A stretch of 35,972 nucleotides of DNA. Source: a virus. The DNA is taken from IMG/VR virus record IMGVR_UViG_3300011655_000001, positions 1-35,972 of that record; one strand, written 5' to 3'. Every line of letters begins with the position of its first letter. Positions within the stretch are counted from its first letter, which is position 1. A model generated the notes under the pieces. The model made no database searches. It saw only the letters and a program-made list of their open reading frames with translations, and was not told the DNA's origin. Shown here piece after piece: positions 15,852-22,901 of the stretch. A program made the position numbers and the translations under genes.

Positions 15852-16354
15852 ACACTTACGCTCAATTCTGTGGATGTGGTGCGGCAATGCGTCCTATTCA
15901 TCACATCGGCAACCAGTCTTTATTCCTGTGCCGTGATGGTCATAGCACTAAGGTAATTGACTGCAAGGTGAATGAAGATTTCACCCGTGATTTGTACTTT
16001 TCAGACCTGCCAAGTTTCAAGGTTGATCTGGATATTTCGATTGAAAATAACGTGCTGACCTTTGGTTTGTATCGCCAGATCGGTGAAAACCTGTATGCAA
16101 CGGCTGATTGTTCAATGGCTGTATTGCCTCACACGATGACGCAAATGCGTAGCTCAAATGGTGATATGCGATATGCGGAACCTGTGGATATTGATTCTTG
16201 GTTGGTGGTGAAAGATACGCCTGTGACTTTGCTGGATGTTTGGAACTTTGAAGCTGAGGAAGGCCAGACATTTACGCTGACGGATGAGCAGATTAAAGAA
16301 TTGAATCGTCTTGTGAATGAGTACGCGGAACAACTATTTGAAGAGGTGGTTTGA
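15848..16354 (+). CDS. Hypothetical protein (168 aa) with a Cys/His-rich N-terminus
   Basis: ATG 15848 has a GAGGTG SD and an ATGA overlap with the upstream gene. It lies immediately upstream of recT. Confidence 0.6.
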   Translation: MNTYAQFCGCGAAMRPIHHIGNQSLFLCRDGHSTKVIDCKVNEDFTRDLYFSDLPSFKVDLDISIENNVLTFGLYRQIGENLYATADCSMAVLPHTMTQMRSSNGDMRYAEPVDIDSWLVVKDTPVTLLDVWNFEAEEGQTFTLTDEQIKELNRLVNEYAEQLFEEVV

Positions 16355-16355
16355 G

Positions 16356-17354
16356 ATGAATGCACCAGTGAAAACAGAAAATCAGGTTGCTGAACATGAC
16401 CCTAAGTCAATCAAGGCTTATGTGTCTGATGCAAAAATCCGTCAAAAATTTGAAGAAGTGCTTGGTAAAAAAACTCAAGGCTTCTTGGCTTCGGTGATGC
16501 AGGTAGCAAACCAACCACAGCTTAAAGGCGCAGTACCAGCAACGGTAATCAATGCAGCAATGATGGCAGCAACGCTTGATCTACCAATCAATAACAATCT
16601 TGGCTTTGCTTACATTGTGCCGTACAGCACAGATGCTAAGGATGCGAATGGCAAAAAAATTCCTCTTCTTGATGAAAATGGAAATCAGGTAAAGAAACAT
16701 TACAAGGGCAAAGACTTCCCTCAGTATCTCAAAGTAGTTGAAGCTCAATTTCAGCTTGGCTACAAGGGTTTTGTGCAGCTTGCTCAGAGATCTGGTCAAT
16801 TTAGTCGTATTGCTGCAACGCCAGTATTTGAAGGTCAGTTGATCTCAGCTAACCCGTTACTTGGCTACGAGTTTGATTGGAATGTTAAGCCACAAGGCAA
16901 TCCGATTGGGTATGTTGCATTCTTCAAACTCTTAAATGGCTTTACTGCTGAGCTATATATGACTGTTGATGAAATTCAGAAACATGCAGGCACATATAGT
17001 CAATCATTTAAGTCTGGTTATGGCGTTTGGAAAGATAATTTTGATGCAATGGCCCTTAAAACTGTGACCAAGCTGCTGCTATCTAAGCAGGCACCACTTT
17101 CAATTGAAATGCAGACAGCGCAACTTGCGGATCAGGCGATTGTTCGTGATGTTGAGACTAATAACTTTGAATACATCGACCATGACGAAAGTGTTGGTGC
17201 CATTGAGGCCCCTGTTCAGCACCTAAATCAAGCCATGTTTGATCAAGTCAAAACTTCCATTTCGAGTGGTGATCTGGATAAGGCTTTTGTTTTAAGTGGT
17301 GAGGCTGGCTATCAGCTTTCTGAACAACAACATGCTGAAATTGCGGGGCTGTAA
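16356..17354 (+). CDS. recT: RecT-family single-strand annealing protein
   Basis: FLASVMQVANQPQLKGAVPATVINAAMMAATLDLPINNNLGFAYIVPY is typical of the RecT N-terminal core. It is paired with a downstream exonuclease. ATG 16356 has a GAGGTGG SD. Confidence 0.8.
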   Translation: MNAPVKTENQVAEHDPKSIKAYVSDAKIRQKFEEVLGKKTQGFLASVMQVANQPQLKGAVPATVINAAMMAATLDLPINNNLGFAYIVPYSTDAKDANGKKIPLLDENGNQVKKHYKGKDFPQYLKVVEAQFQLGYKGFVQLAQRSGQFSRIAATPVFEGQLISANPLLGYEFDWNVKPQGNPIGYVAFFKLLNGFTAELYMTVDEIQKHAGTYSQSFKSGYGVWKDNFDAMALKTVTKLLLSKQAPLSIEMQTAQLADQAIVRDVETNNFEYIDHDESVGAIEAPVQHLNQAMFDQVKTSISSGDLDKAFVLSGEAGYQLSEQQHAEIAGL

Positions 17355-17356
17355 TC

Positions 17357-18169
17357 ATGATTAAAGTTAGGCCACATGCCCTGCACCGCATTATGGGTGA
17401 ACCTAAGTCGATTAATCCCGAACTAATCACGGATGAAGTTGCGGCTATTTTGAAACGCACAAAGCGCACAGATGAAGAAAAGGCTTTAATCCAGAGCCTT
17501 AAAAATCGCACTCTTTCAGAAGGCGCAAAAACTGCTGTTGAAGAATGGGTTATTGAGCGTGCTTATGGATTCAAGGACTTTGCTGGAAACAAGTACACGG
17601 AAAAAGGCTTAACGCTTGAAGATCATGCCATTAAGACCGTTCAAATGAATAGCCTGTTCACCATGGGCCAGTATGTGCACATGAATAAAAATGAGCAGAC
17701 ATTTGAAAACCAGTGGCTTCGTGGCACACCCGACATCATTAATCCAACCCATGGTCGTGATACTAAGTGTTCATGGTCTGGGGTTCAGCACCCATGGGGC
17801 AATCGCAAGGCTAACCAGAAGGTCAAAGATGCTGGTTATGACGTTCAGTGCCAAGCCTACATGGACCTGACTGGTAAGCCTGATTGGTACGTGGATTTTG
17901 TATTACTGCCTACCCCTGCTGAATTGGTTTGGGGTGAGGATCAGCGCGAACAGCAAGTTGTCTTAGTTGAAGCTATTCCACTGCATAAGCGTATCAAAAC
18001 TGTTCATATTCCACGTGATCAAGCCTTCATTGATTTGATGCATATCAAATGTGAATTGGTTCAGGAGTATGCGGCTATATATGCGGATGAAATTGGCGTT
18101 CTGGATGTTATTCAAGATCGCGCTAAGGAATACAAGGTGCCATTCACCAAGGGAGTGAAAGCTGCATGA
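17357..18169 (+). CDS. PD-(D/E)XK exonuclease (YqaJ/lambda-Exo-like partner of RecT)
   Basis: It sits directly after recT. GTPDII...RDTKCS...QCQAYM resembles the D...(D/E)xK...QxQ arrangement of YqaJ-type nucleases. Confidence 0.6.
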   Translation: MIKVRPHALHRIMGEPKSINPELITDEVAAILKRTKRTDEEKALIQSLKNRTLSEGAKTAVEEWVIERAYGFKDFAGNKYTEKGLTLEDHAIKTVQMNSLFTMGQYVHMNKNEQTFENQWLRGTPDIINPTHGRDTKCSWSGVQHPWGNRKANQKVKDAGYDVQCQAYMDLTGKPDWYVDFVLLPTPAELVWGEDQREQQVVLVEAIPLHKRIKTVHIPRDQAFIDLMHIKCELVQEYAAIYADEIGVLDVIQDRAKEYKVPFTKGVKAA

Positions 18170-18396
18170 AATTCTTAAAAATTGAAAACAAGATTTTAAA
18201 TACCGCCCAAATCGAGTTTGTTTGCGTAAATCAGGAAACCATACGAGTTAATTATCAAGAAAATGATCCATTTGGTGAGAGCATCAAAGAGGTGTGTGGG
18301 ATTCAGGTTTATATGGTTGGTGCTCATGAAAATTCTTACTTTGTCTTTGAAAGCGAAACCATTGAATCATTCTATGAAAAATTGGTGGCAGCATGA
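18166..18396 (+). CDS. Hypothetical protein (76 aa)
   Basis: It has ATGA-coupled junctions on both sides. Confidence 0.55.
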   Translation: MKFLKIENKILNTAQIEFVCVNQETIRVNYQENDPFGESIKEVCGIQVYMVGAHENSYFVFESETIESFYEKLVAA

Positions 18397-18623
18397 AAAA
18401 ACCAACTCTAGTCCATCCACTCATGACTGAAGTATTCATTATCTGGCTTCTCAGTATTGGTTACAGAGCAACGGTCAATCAGCATGGCGTTCGCTTCTTT
18501 TGTGAAGTGGTGAATAAGAACTTTCCGCGTGATGTGGTGATTGCAGGCACTGGCCGATTGAATAAGCCAGCAACTCAATTGTTTGAAGAATTTAAGAAAT
18601 ATAACCCTTTTGAGGTGGCGTGA
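18393..18623 (+). CDS. Hypothetical protein (76 aa)
   Basis: ATGA-coupled in the operon. Confidence 0.55.
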   Translation: MKKPTLVHPLMTEVFIIWLLSIGYRATVNQHGVRFFCEVVNKNFPRDVVIAGTGRLNKPATQLFEEFKKYNPFEVA

Positions 18624-19009
18624 TGGATATTCAGGAAATTCAAGAAAAATTTGAAGATTTACTTTTAGCAAACCCTGACTTTGATGAAAGCCTTCTGGAG
18701 AAAGATGAAGAAGGCTCTTATTCGGATTCTGATATTCAGCATATGTACAGCATGTTTGAAGCTGGCACGGAAGTTGGTGAGCAATGGCAAGCCAAAGCCC
18801 AAGCGGTGCCGGAATGGGTTTCGGTTGAGGATAGGTTGCCGCAAAAAGGTGAAATGGTTTATGGGTATGCCGCTAAGCACAACTACACATGCCCTGTCGT
18901 TTTTAATGGAAAGAAGTTCTACAACGAAGGTTTGGCAGATAATTCAATTTCGCATTGGCACTACTTGGCAAAACCAGTGAAAGCACAGGACCCAGCCAAT
19001 GAGCACTAA
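18620..19009 (+). CDS. Hypothetical protein with a DUF551-like C-terminus
   Basis: EWVSVEDRLPQKGEMVYGY...HWHYL resembles the DUF551 phage domain pattern. Confidence 0.55.
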   Translation: MMDIQEIQEKFEDLLLANPDFDESLLEKDEEGSYSDSDIQHMYSMFEAGTEVGEQWQAKAQAVPEWVSVEDRLPQKGEMVYGYAAKHNYTCPVVFNGKKFYNEGLADNSISHWHYLAKPVKAQDPANEH

Positions 19010-19184
19010 ATCAGAATGCTTAGCTATTGATGGTAGCTTGTACTGTAAAAAATTCGGTGCGGGAATGTACATGTTTTTTCAGATATTTAAAGGGGATTTC
19101 TGTTTTGCAGCCCCTGCTCAGTGCGAAAAAGAAGCGTGGCGATTGGCGCATGAATTACTAAAAAAGGAGCCAGCCAATGACTGA
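18999..19184 (+). CDS. Hypothetical protein (61 aa)
   Basis: In-operon ORF with overlapping junctions. Confidence 0.45.
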   Translation: MSTKSECLAIDGSLYCKKFGAGMYMFFQIFKGDFCFAAPAQCEKEAWRLAHELLKKEPAND

Positions 19185-19491
19185 AATTCAACAAACAAAC
19201 ATTGCTGTGGCCAACTTCATTATTGATCAGCTGTATAAAGACAAGCCTTTTAATCTGGTTTTGGATGCTGGTGAAACAGGCGCTTTGTACCACATCGCGA
19301 GTGAATCACATCACTTGCACAGTGACTTTGTGCGAAAACTGGAAGCAACTTTAAGACAGCGTGTGAGTAATGGCACTGGCGTGATTCTTGAGATTAATAG
19401 CAATGCTGATCTGTATTACCACATGCTGTCGTCATATATCGCGAAGTTTGACCAGTATGGCGTGGTAAAGGCTTTGGGAGAAGTGTCTTGA
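19177..19491 (+). CDS. Hypothetical protein (104 aa)
   Basis: In-operon ORF with an 8-nt overlap with the upstream gene. Confidence 0.55.
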   Translation: MTEIQQTNIAVANFIIDQLYKDKPFNLVLDAGETGALYHIASESHHLHSDFVRKLEATLRQRVSNGTGVILEINSNADLYYHMLSSYIAKFDQYGVVKALGEVS

Positions 19492-19835
19492 ATAACTATA
19501 CCTACCCCACTCACGAGCATCTTGAAATTGATATTGAAAGTGATGTGATTAATTTTCCAAGACGTGACTTTCAAAAGTGTCAGCACATACAGGTGGCTAT
19601 TGACTCCAAAGCAATGGAATTGGTTTGCAAGCAATGCGAAGCCAAGGTTAATCCAGTTTTGTGGATTAAGGACAGTATTGAATATTTTGCTCGATTGCAA
19701 AATCGGATTCAGGAAGCTCGAGAAAAGCTGAAAGAAGATGAGGAAGAACTTAAAACTCGTTCCAGAACACGCTGTCAGTATTGTAGAAAAATGACAGCAA
19801 TCAATTTAAAGCATCACAAATTTGTGGTTTTGTAG
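19488..19835 (+). CDS. Hypothetical Zn-ribbon/coiled-coil protein (115 aa)
   Basis: It carries CKQCEAK...CQYCRK Cys pairs. Its TTG start overlaps the upstream stop (TTGA), so the start is uncertain. Confidence 0.45.
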   Translation: MNNYTYPTHEHLEIDIESDVINFPRRDFQKCQHIQVAIDSKAMELVCKQCEAKVNPVLWIKDSIEYFARLQNRIQEAREKLKEDEEELKTRSRTRCQYCRKMTAINLKHHKFVVL

Positions 19836-19846
19836 GAGGTATCCTA

Positions 19847-20158
19847 ATGGAAGTTGGCTCAAGCCGATGGATGCCTGAGATTTTTGCAATGTTTGAAGAG
19901 CTTAAATCTCAGAATCAATATCTGGTTGAGAAAGTCGAGCGTCTGGAAGAAATTGTAGACAAGAAGCCTTTAACACTAAATACCGCTGAAGCAGCAAAAG
20001 TTTTGGGTTATTCGGCGGAATATGTCAGAAAGCTTGATCGTGATGGTAAAATGCCAAAACGTGTGTCAAAAGATGGACAGCGCTCTCGATGGAATCGATC
20101 AGATATTGAAAAAATGGCTAAATCTAAGAAAACCGGAAGACCGAGAAGCAACTCTTAA
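19847..20158 (+). CDS. xis: Excisionase-like HTH protein (MerR/AlpA-type HTH_17)
   Basis: LTLNTAEAAKVLGYSAEYVRKLDRDGKMPKRV...RWNRSDIEKM fits this family. It lies just upstream of int and has a GGAGG SD. Confidence 0.6.
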   Translation: MEVGSSRWMPEIFAMFEELKSQNQYLVEKVERLEEIVDKKPLTLNTAEAAKVLGYSAEYVRKLDRDGKMPKRVSKDGQRSRWNRSDIEKMAKSKKTGRPRSNS

Positions 20159-20168
20159 AAACTAAGGG

Positions 20169-20383
20169 TTGCACCAAATATGCACCAAAGCATTATAACT
20201 TATTGATTTTATAGTATGTATGGTGGGGATAGAGAGCATATCGCCATTAAAATAAAACCCTTATTCTGTAAGGGTTTTTCTTTTAACTATTGATTTTTAA
20301 TAAATTAATATTGTATTAGAATGTATTGTAATGTGATTTAATACATCATCTAATCATTTGATTTGCACCAAATCTGCACCACG
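20169..20383. other. Candidate attP / recombination-control region between xis and int
   Basis: TTGCACCAAAT(A/C)TGCACCA occurs at 20169..20188 and 20363..20382, giving four TGCACCA copies with 11-nt spacing within each pair. AACT(T)ATTGATTTT(T)A direct repeats lie at about 20199 and about 20284. The stretch is very A+T-rich. Confidence 0.4.
20255..20284 (+). terminator. Intrinsic terminator after xis
   Basis: AAACCCTTA-TTCTG-TAAGGGTTT is followed by a T-rich run. Confidence 0.8.
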
Positions 20384-20388
20384 ACATT

Positions 20389-21414
20389 ATGAAAATACCA
20401 AAGGCTATTCAACGCGGTGATAGTTGGCGTATTTGCGTCAATTATCAGAACAAGCGCCACACTTCTACCCATGATACAGAAAAAGAAGCATTAGAGTGGG
20501 CAGCTCGTAAAATTATTGAACTCAAGGATGCGGCAAAGGCATCAAAAGGCGAACTGCCTAAACATACCTACCAAGAAGCCATTGAGTATTACCTGAAGAA
20601 TGTCACACCTAAAAAGAAAGGTGCCAGATGGGAAACTTTACGGCTTAGAAAGCTGATTCGTGACAATCCGCAGTTAGTGTCAAAAAACCTTACAGATCTC
20701 AAGTCGTTTGATTTTGTGAAATATCGAGATTCCAGAATCAAAGATGTTACAGCCACAACTGTTTCAAGAGAAATGGAATTGCTTAGTGCTGTACTGCATT
20801 GTTGCATCCGTGAATTGGGCTGGCTGCACTCCTCCCCCCTCACCACAGTGTCTCGACCAAAGCTGCCACCACCGCGAAATAGACGTGCAGCAGACCATGA
20901 GATTGAGGCTATTTTAAATGCCTGCTCTTATGTTGAAGGTGAGCCAGTCAAAACCAAAGGCCAGGAAGTAGCGTGGGCTATGCTTTTTGCACTGGAGACG
21001 GCAATGCGGCTTGGTGAAATCACAGCAATGACCTGGAAGAATGTTCATATTGATAAAATGTATGTACATCTACCAGACACCAAAAATGGCCTTACTCGAA
21101 ACATTCCTTTATCTGAACGTGCTGAAGAATTACTGCGACACATAAAAGGTGTGAATAGTCCTCGCGTTTTAAGTATTGATTCGGATTCCCTTTCAGCTTT
21201 ATTTAGGCGATATCGGGATAAATGCGATATTCAGGATTTGCGGTTCCATGACTTGCGACATGAAGCCACCACTCGTATGGCCCAGATTATTCAAAACCCA
21301 GCCGATCTGGCTAAGATTACCGGACATACGGATATTAATATTCTGGTGAATACCTACTACAATCCAACTGCTACCGAGGTTGCACAACGATTAAGAAATG
21401 GGCTTAGGGGATAA
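20389..21414 (+). CDS. int: Tyrosine integrase
   Basis: The C-terminal catalytic motifs are RLGEI (Arg), RFHDLRHEATTR (HxxR) and GHTDINILVNTYY (His...Tyr). Three stop codons follow in tandem. Confidence 0.9.
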   Translation: MKIPKAIQRGDSWRICVNYQNKRHTSTHDTEKEALEWAARKIIELKDAAKASKGELPKHTYQEAIEYYLKNVTPKKKGARWETLRLRKLIRDNPQLVSKNLTDLKSFDFVKYRDSRIKDVTATTVSREMELLSAVLHCCIRELGWLHSSPLTTVSRPKLPPPRNRRAADHEIEAILNACSYVEGEPVKTKGQEVAWAMLFALETAMRLGEITAMTWKNVHIDKMYVHLPDTKNGLTRNIPLSERAEELLRHIKGVNSPRVLSIDSDSLSALFRRYRDKCDIQDLRFHDLRHEATTRMAQIIQNPADLAKITGHTDINILVNTYYNPTATEVAQRLRNGLRG

Positions 21415-21516
21415 TAATGAAAACATGGACCTACTTTTATATAGAGCACACGATTAAGAATGGGAAGATTTTTAGGATGGAGTCTGGGTGGGGATTAAGG
21501 AATTATTTATTAAAGT

Positions 21517-21550
21517 AAAAAACAAAGCCCTCATGTGAGGGCATTTATCT
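21517..21550. terminator. Bidirectional terminator between the convergent int and endolysin genes
   Basis: GCCCTC-ATGT-GAGGGC has an A-run upstream and a T-rich tail downstream. Confidence 0.7.
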
Positions 21551-21556
21551 ATTTTA

Positions 21557-22144
21557 TTAAACAAGTGCTCTTAGTTTTACTAAGTGCGCTTTACGATCTG
21601 CAAGGCCATTGGTGCCGCCATTGATTCTGCGAGTAATAGTCAGCACATCGTCTTTGTCAGCTAAGGCATTCAAGCCATTATCAGACCAGAACTTACAAGC
21701 AACCATTAAGCCGATGCTGGGCATGGCCACAACCTCAGGATTGTTTTCAAAGTCGATGCCGAGCTGCTGACCATACTTGCGATAGTTGGTACGGCCAGTT
21801 AATTGAATTGGCCCACGGCCTTTAAATCGCTTTCCATCGCCCGGTTGTGTGTTGCCTAAATCCTTTCGGCCTTCGTACGCGGCACCAGATGCAATTTCTT
21901 CCATATAGCGAAAGTTGCCAGACTCATGTGCTAACTGTGCTAAAAAGTGAATAAAGCGAAGTGAGTTGTCCAGAATGCCATAGGTTCGCATGTGAACATT
22001 GGCAGCAAGACCAAGTTCTTCAGCACGCGCTTGACTGGCACCTAACTTCTTAAATACTGCAGTCAAAGTGCCACGGCCAATAATGCCATCATCATGCACG
22101 CCTACTGTTTTTTGGAGTTTTTTAATTTGAGTGATGTTCATCAT
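21557..22144 (-). CDS. Endolysin, glycoside hydrolase family 19 (chitinase-like)
   Basis: FLAQLAHESGNFRYMEE and KGRGPIQLTGRTNYRKYG are GH19 hallmarks. The start is taken at ATG 22144/22141. The track's longer N-terminus is unlikely. Confidence 0.88.
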   Translation of the reverse strand: MMNITQIKKLQKTVGVHDDGIIGRGTLTAVFKKLGASQARAEELGLAANVHMRTYGILDNSLRFIHFLAQLAHESGNFRYMEEIASGAAYEGRKDLGNTQPGDGKRFKGRGPIQLTGRTNYRKYGQQLGIDFENNPEVVAMPSIGLMVACKFWSDNGLNALADKDDVLTITRRINGGTNGLADRKAHLVKLRALV

Positions 22145-22424
22145 CTTTATCCGTATTAAAAAATTTAGGACGCGCACCCTCTTTCCCCCAGATATAAAGC
22201 TGTCGAGTGAAGAGTACAAATACAATGCTTACTGTGGTGTAAAAAAGTGTGCCGGCCGGACTTGGTGAGTAGTCATCTTTTACAAAGAGTGCTACCCCAA
22301 AAATAATTGACAGCATCAAAAGAAAATCGATGTGCTTTGGTAGTTGAATTTTTGGATGAAACACCATGATTGCAAACGAAACTATAAATAACACCAAAGC
22401 CGTCTTACTTATGATTAGCAGCAT
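22122..22424 (-). CDS. Membrane protein in the lysis cassette (about 3 TM; second holin, antiholin or other)
   Basis: Three hydrophobic segments. ATG 22424 lies 7 nt after AAGGAG. It overlaps the holin 3' end and the endolysin 5' end. Confidence 0.6.
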   Translation of the reverse strand: MLLIISKTALVLFIVSFAIMVFHPKIQLPKHIDFLLMLSIIFGVALFVKDDYSPSPAGTLFYTTVSIVFVLFTRQLYIWGKEGARPKFFNTDKDDEHHSN

Positions 22425-22737
22425 CTTCATTCTCCTTTTTGACCAAACCAAGAACTCTTGATCGAGCCAAACTCAGCAATGCTTCAGCTGTACTTTTACC
22501 AGCAGCGCCCAGAATGAAACCAAATAGCTCTGGATAGTTACCACTAGCAAGAAATAAACTTGCCGGTTTAGCAAAGACCACACATAAAATGAAGCCAGCA
22601 AAGAATCCTATCCAGCGATCCCGAGTTGGCTCCTTACTTAATAGAAAGCCAAAAGTTGCACCCAGCACACCCGTAAAAAGGATGTGTGAATGGTTCTTTA
22701 TGCTTTCCAATACTTGACTAAGAAAGTCCATATACAT
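22405..22737 (-). CDS. Putative holin (3 TM, dual start M1/M3)
   Basis: Hydrophobic segments ILFTGVLGATFGFLL, WIGFFAGFILCVVFA and LFGFILGAAG are followed by a charged C-terminus. It is the first gene of the lysis cassette. The SD (AAAGGGG) is optimally spaced for M3 (22731). Confidence 0.6.
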   Translation of the reverse strand: MYMDFLSQVLESIKNHSHILFTGVLGATFGFLLSKEPTRDRWIGFFAGFILCVVFAKPASLFLASGNYPELFGFILGAAGKSTAEALLSLARSRVLGLVKKENEDAANHK

Positions 22738-22774
22738 CCCCTTTAGCCATACATCCCCCTATAAAATCGGCATT

Positions 22775-22795
22775 AAAAAAGAGCCTTTCGGCTCT
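22775..22795 (-). terminator. Intrinsic terminator upstream of the holin (inside a 22-codon mini-ORF)
   Basis: Minus-strand RNA reads AGAGCC-GAAA-GGCUCU followed by a U-run. Confidence 0.6.
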
Positions 22796-22848
22796 GGTGG
22801 TGGATCAGATGAATAGTCATTCGACATTGTGCCCCCTAAATTTTGGTA

Positions 22849-22883
22849 ATAAAAAACCCTGATCCAATTAAAGTTCAGGGTTG
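22849..22883 (-). terminator. Intrinsic terminator after the Wzy-like gene
   Basis: Minus-strand RNA reads AACCCUGA-(12 nt)-UCAGGGUU followed by UUUUUAUUACC. Confidence 0.7.
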
Positions 22884-22901
22884 GTGTGGGTTTGTTGGGT
22901 A

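Noticed and set aside
20159-21556. Search for a tRNA gene or a tRNA 3'-fragment marking the att core
   Set aside because: I could not recognise a T-arm/acceptor-like sequence (GGTTCGAATCC-type) or a cloverleaf in either spacer. The integration target therefore remains unassigned rather than called.
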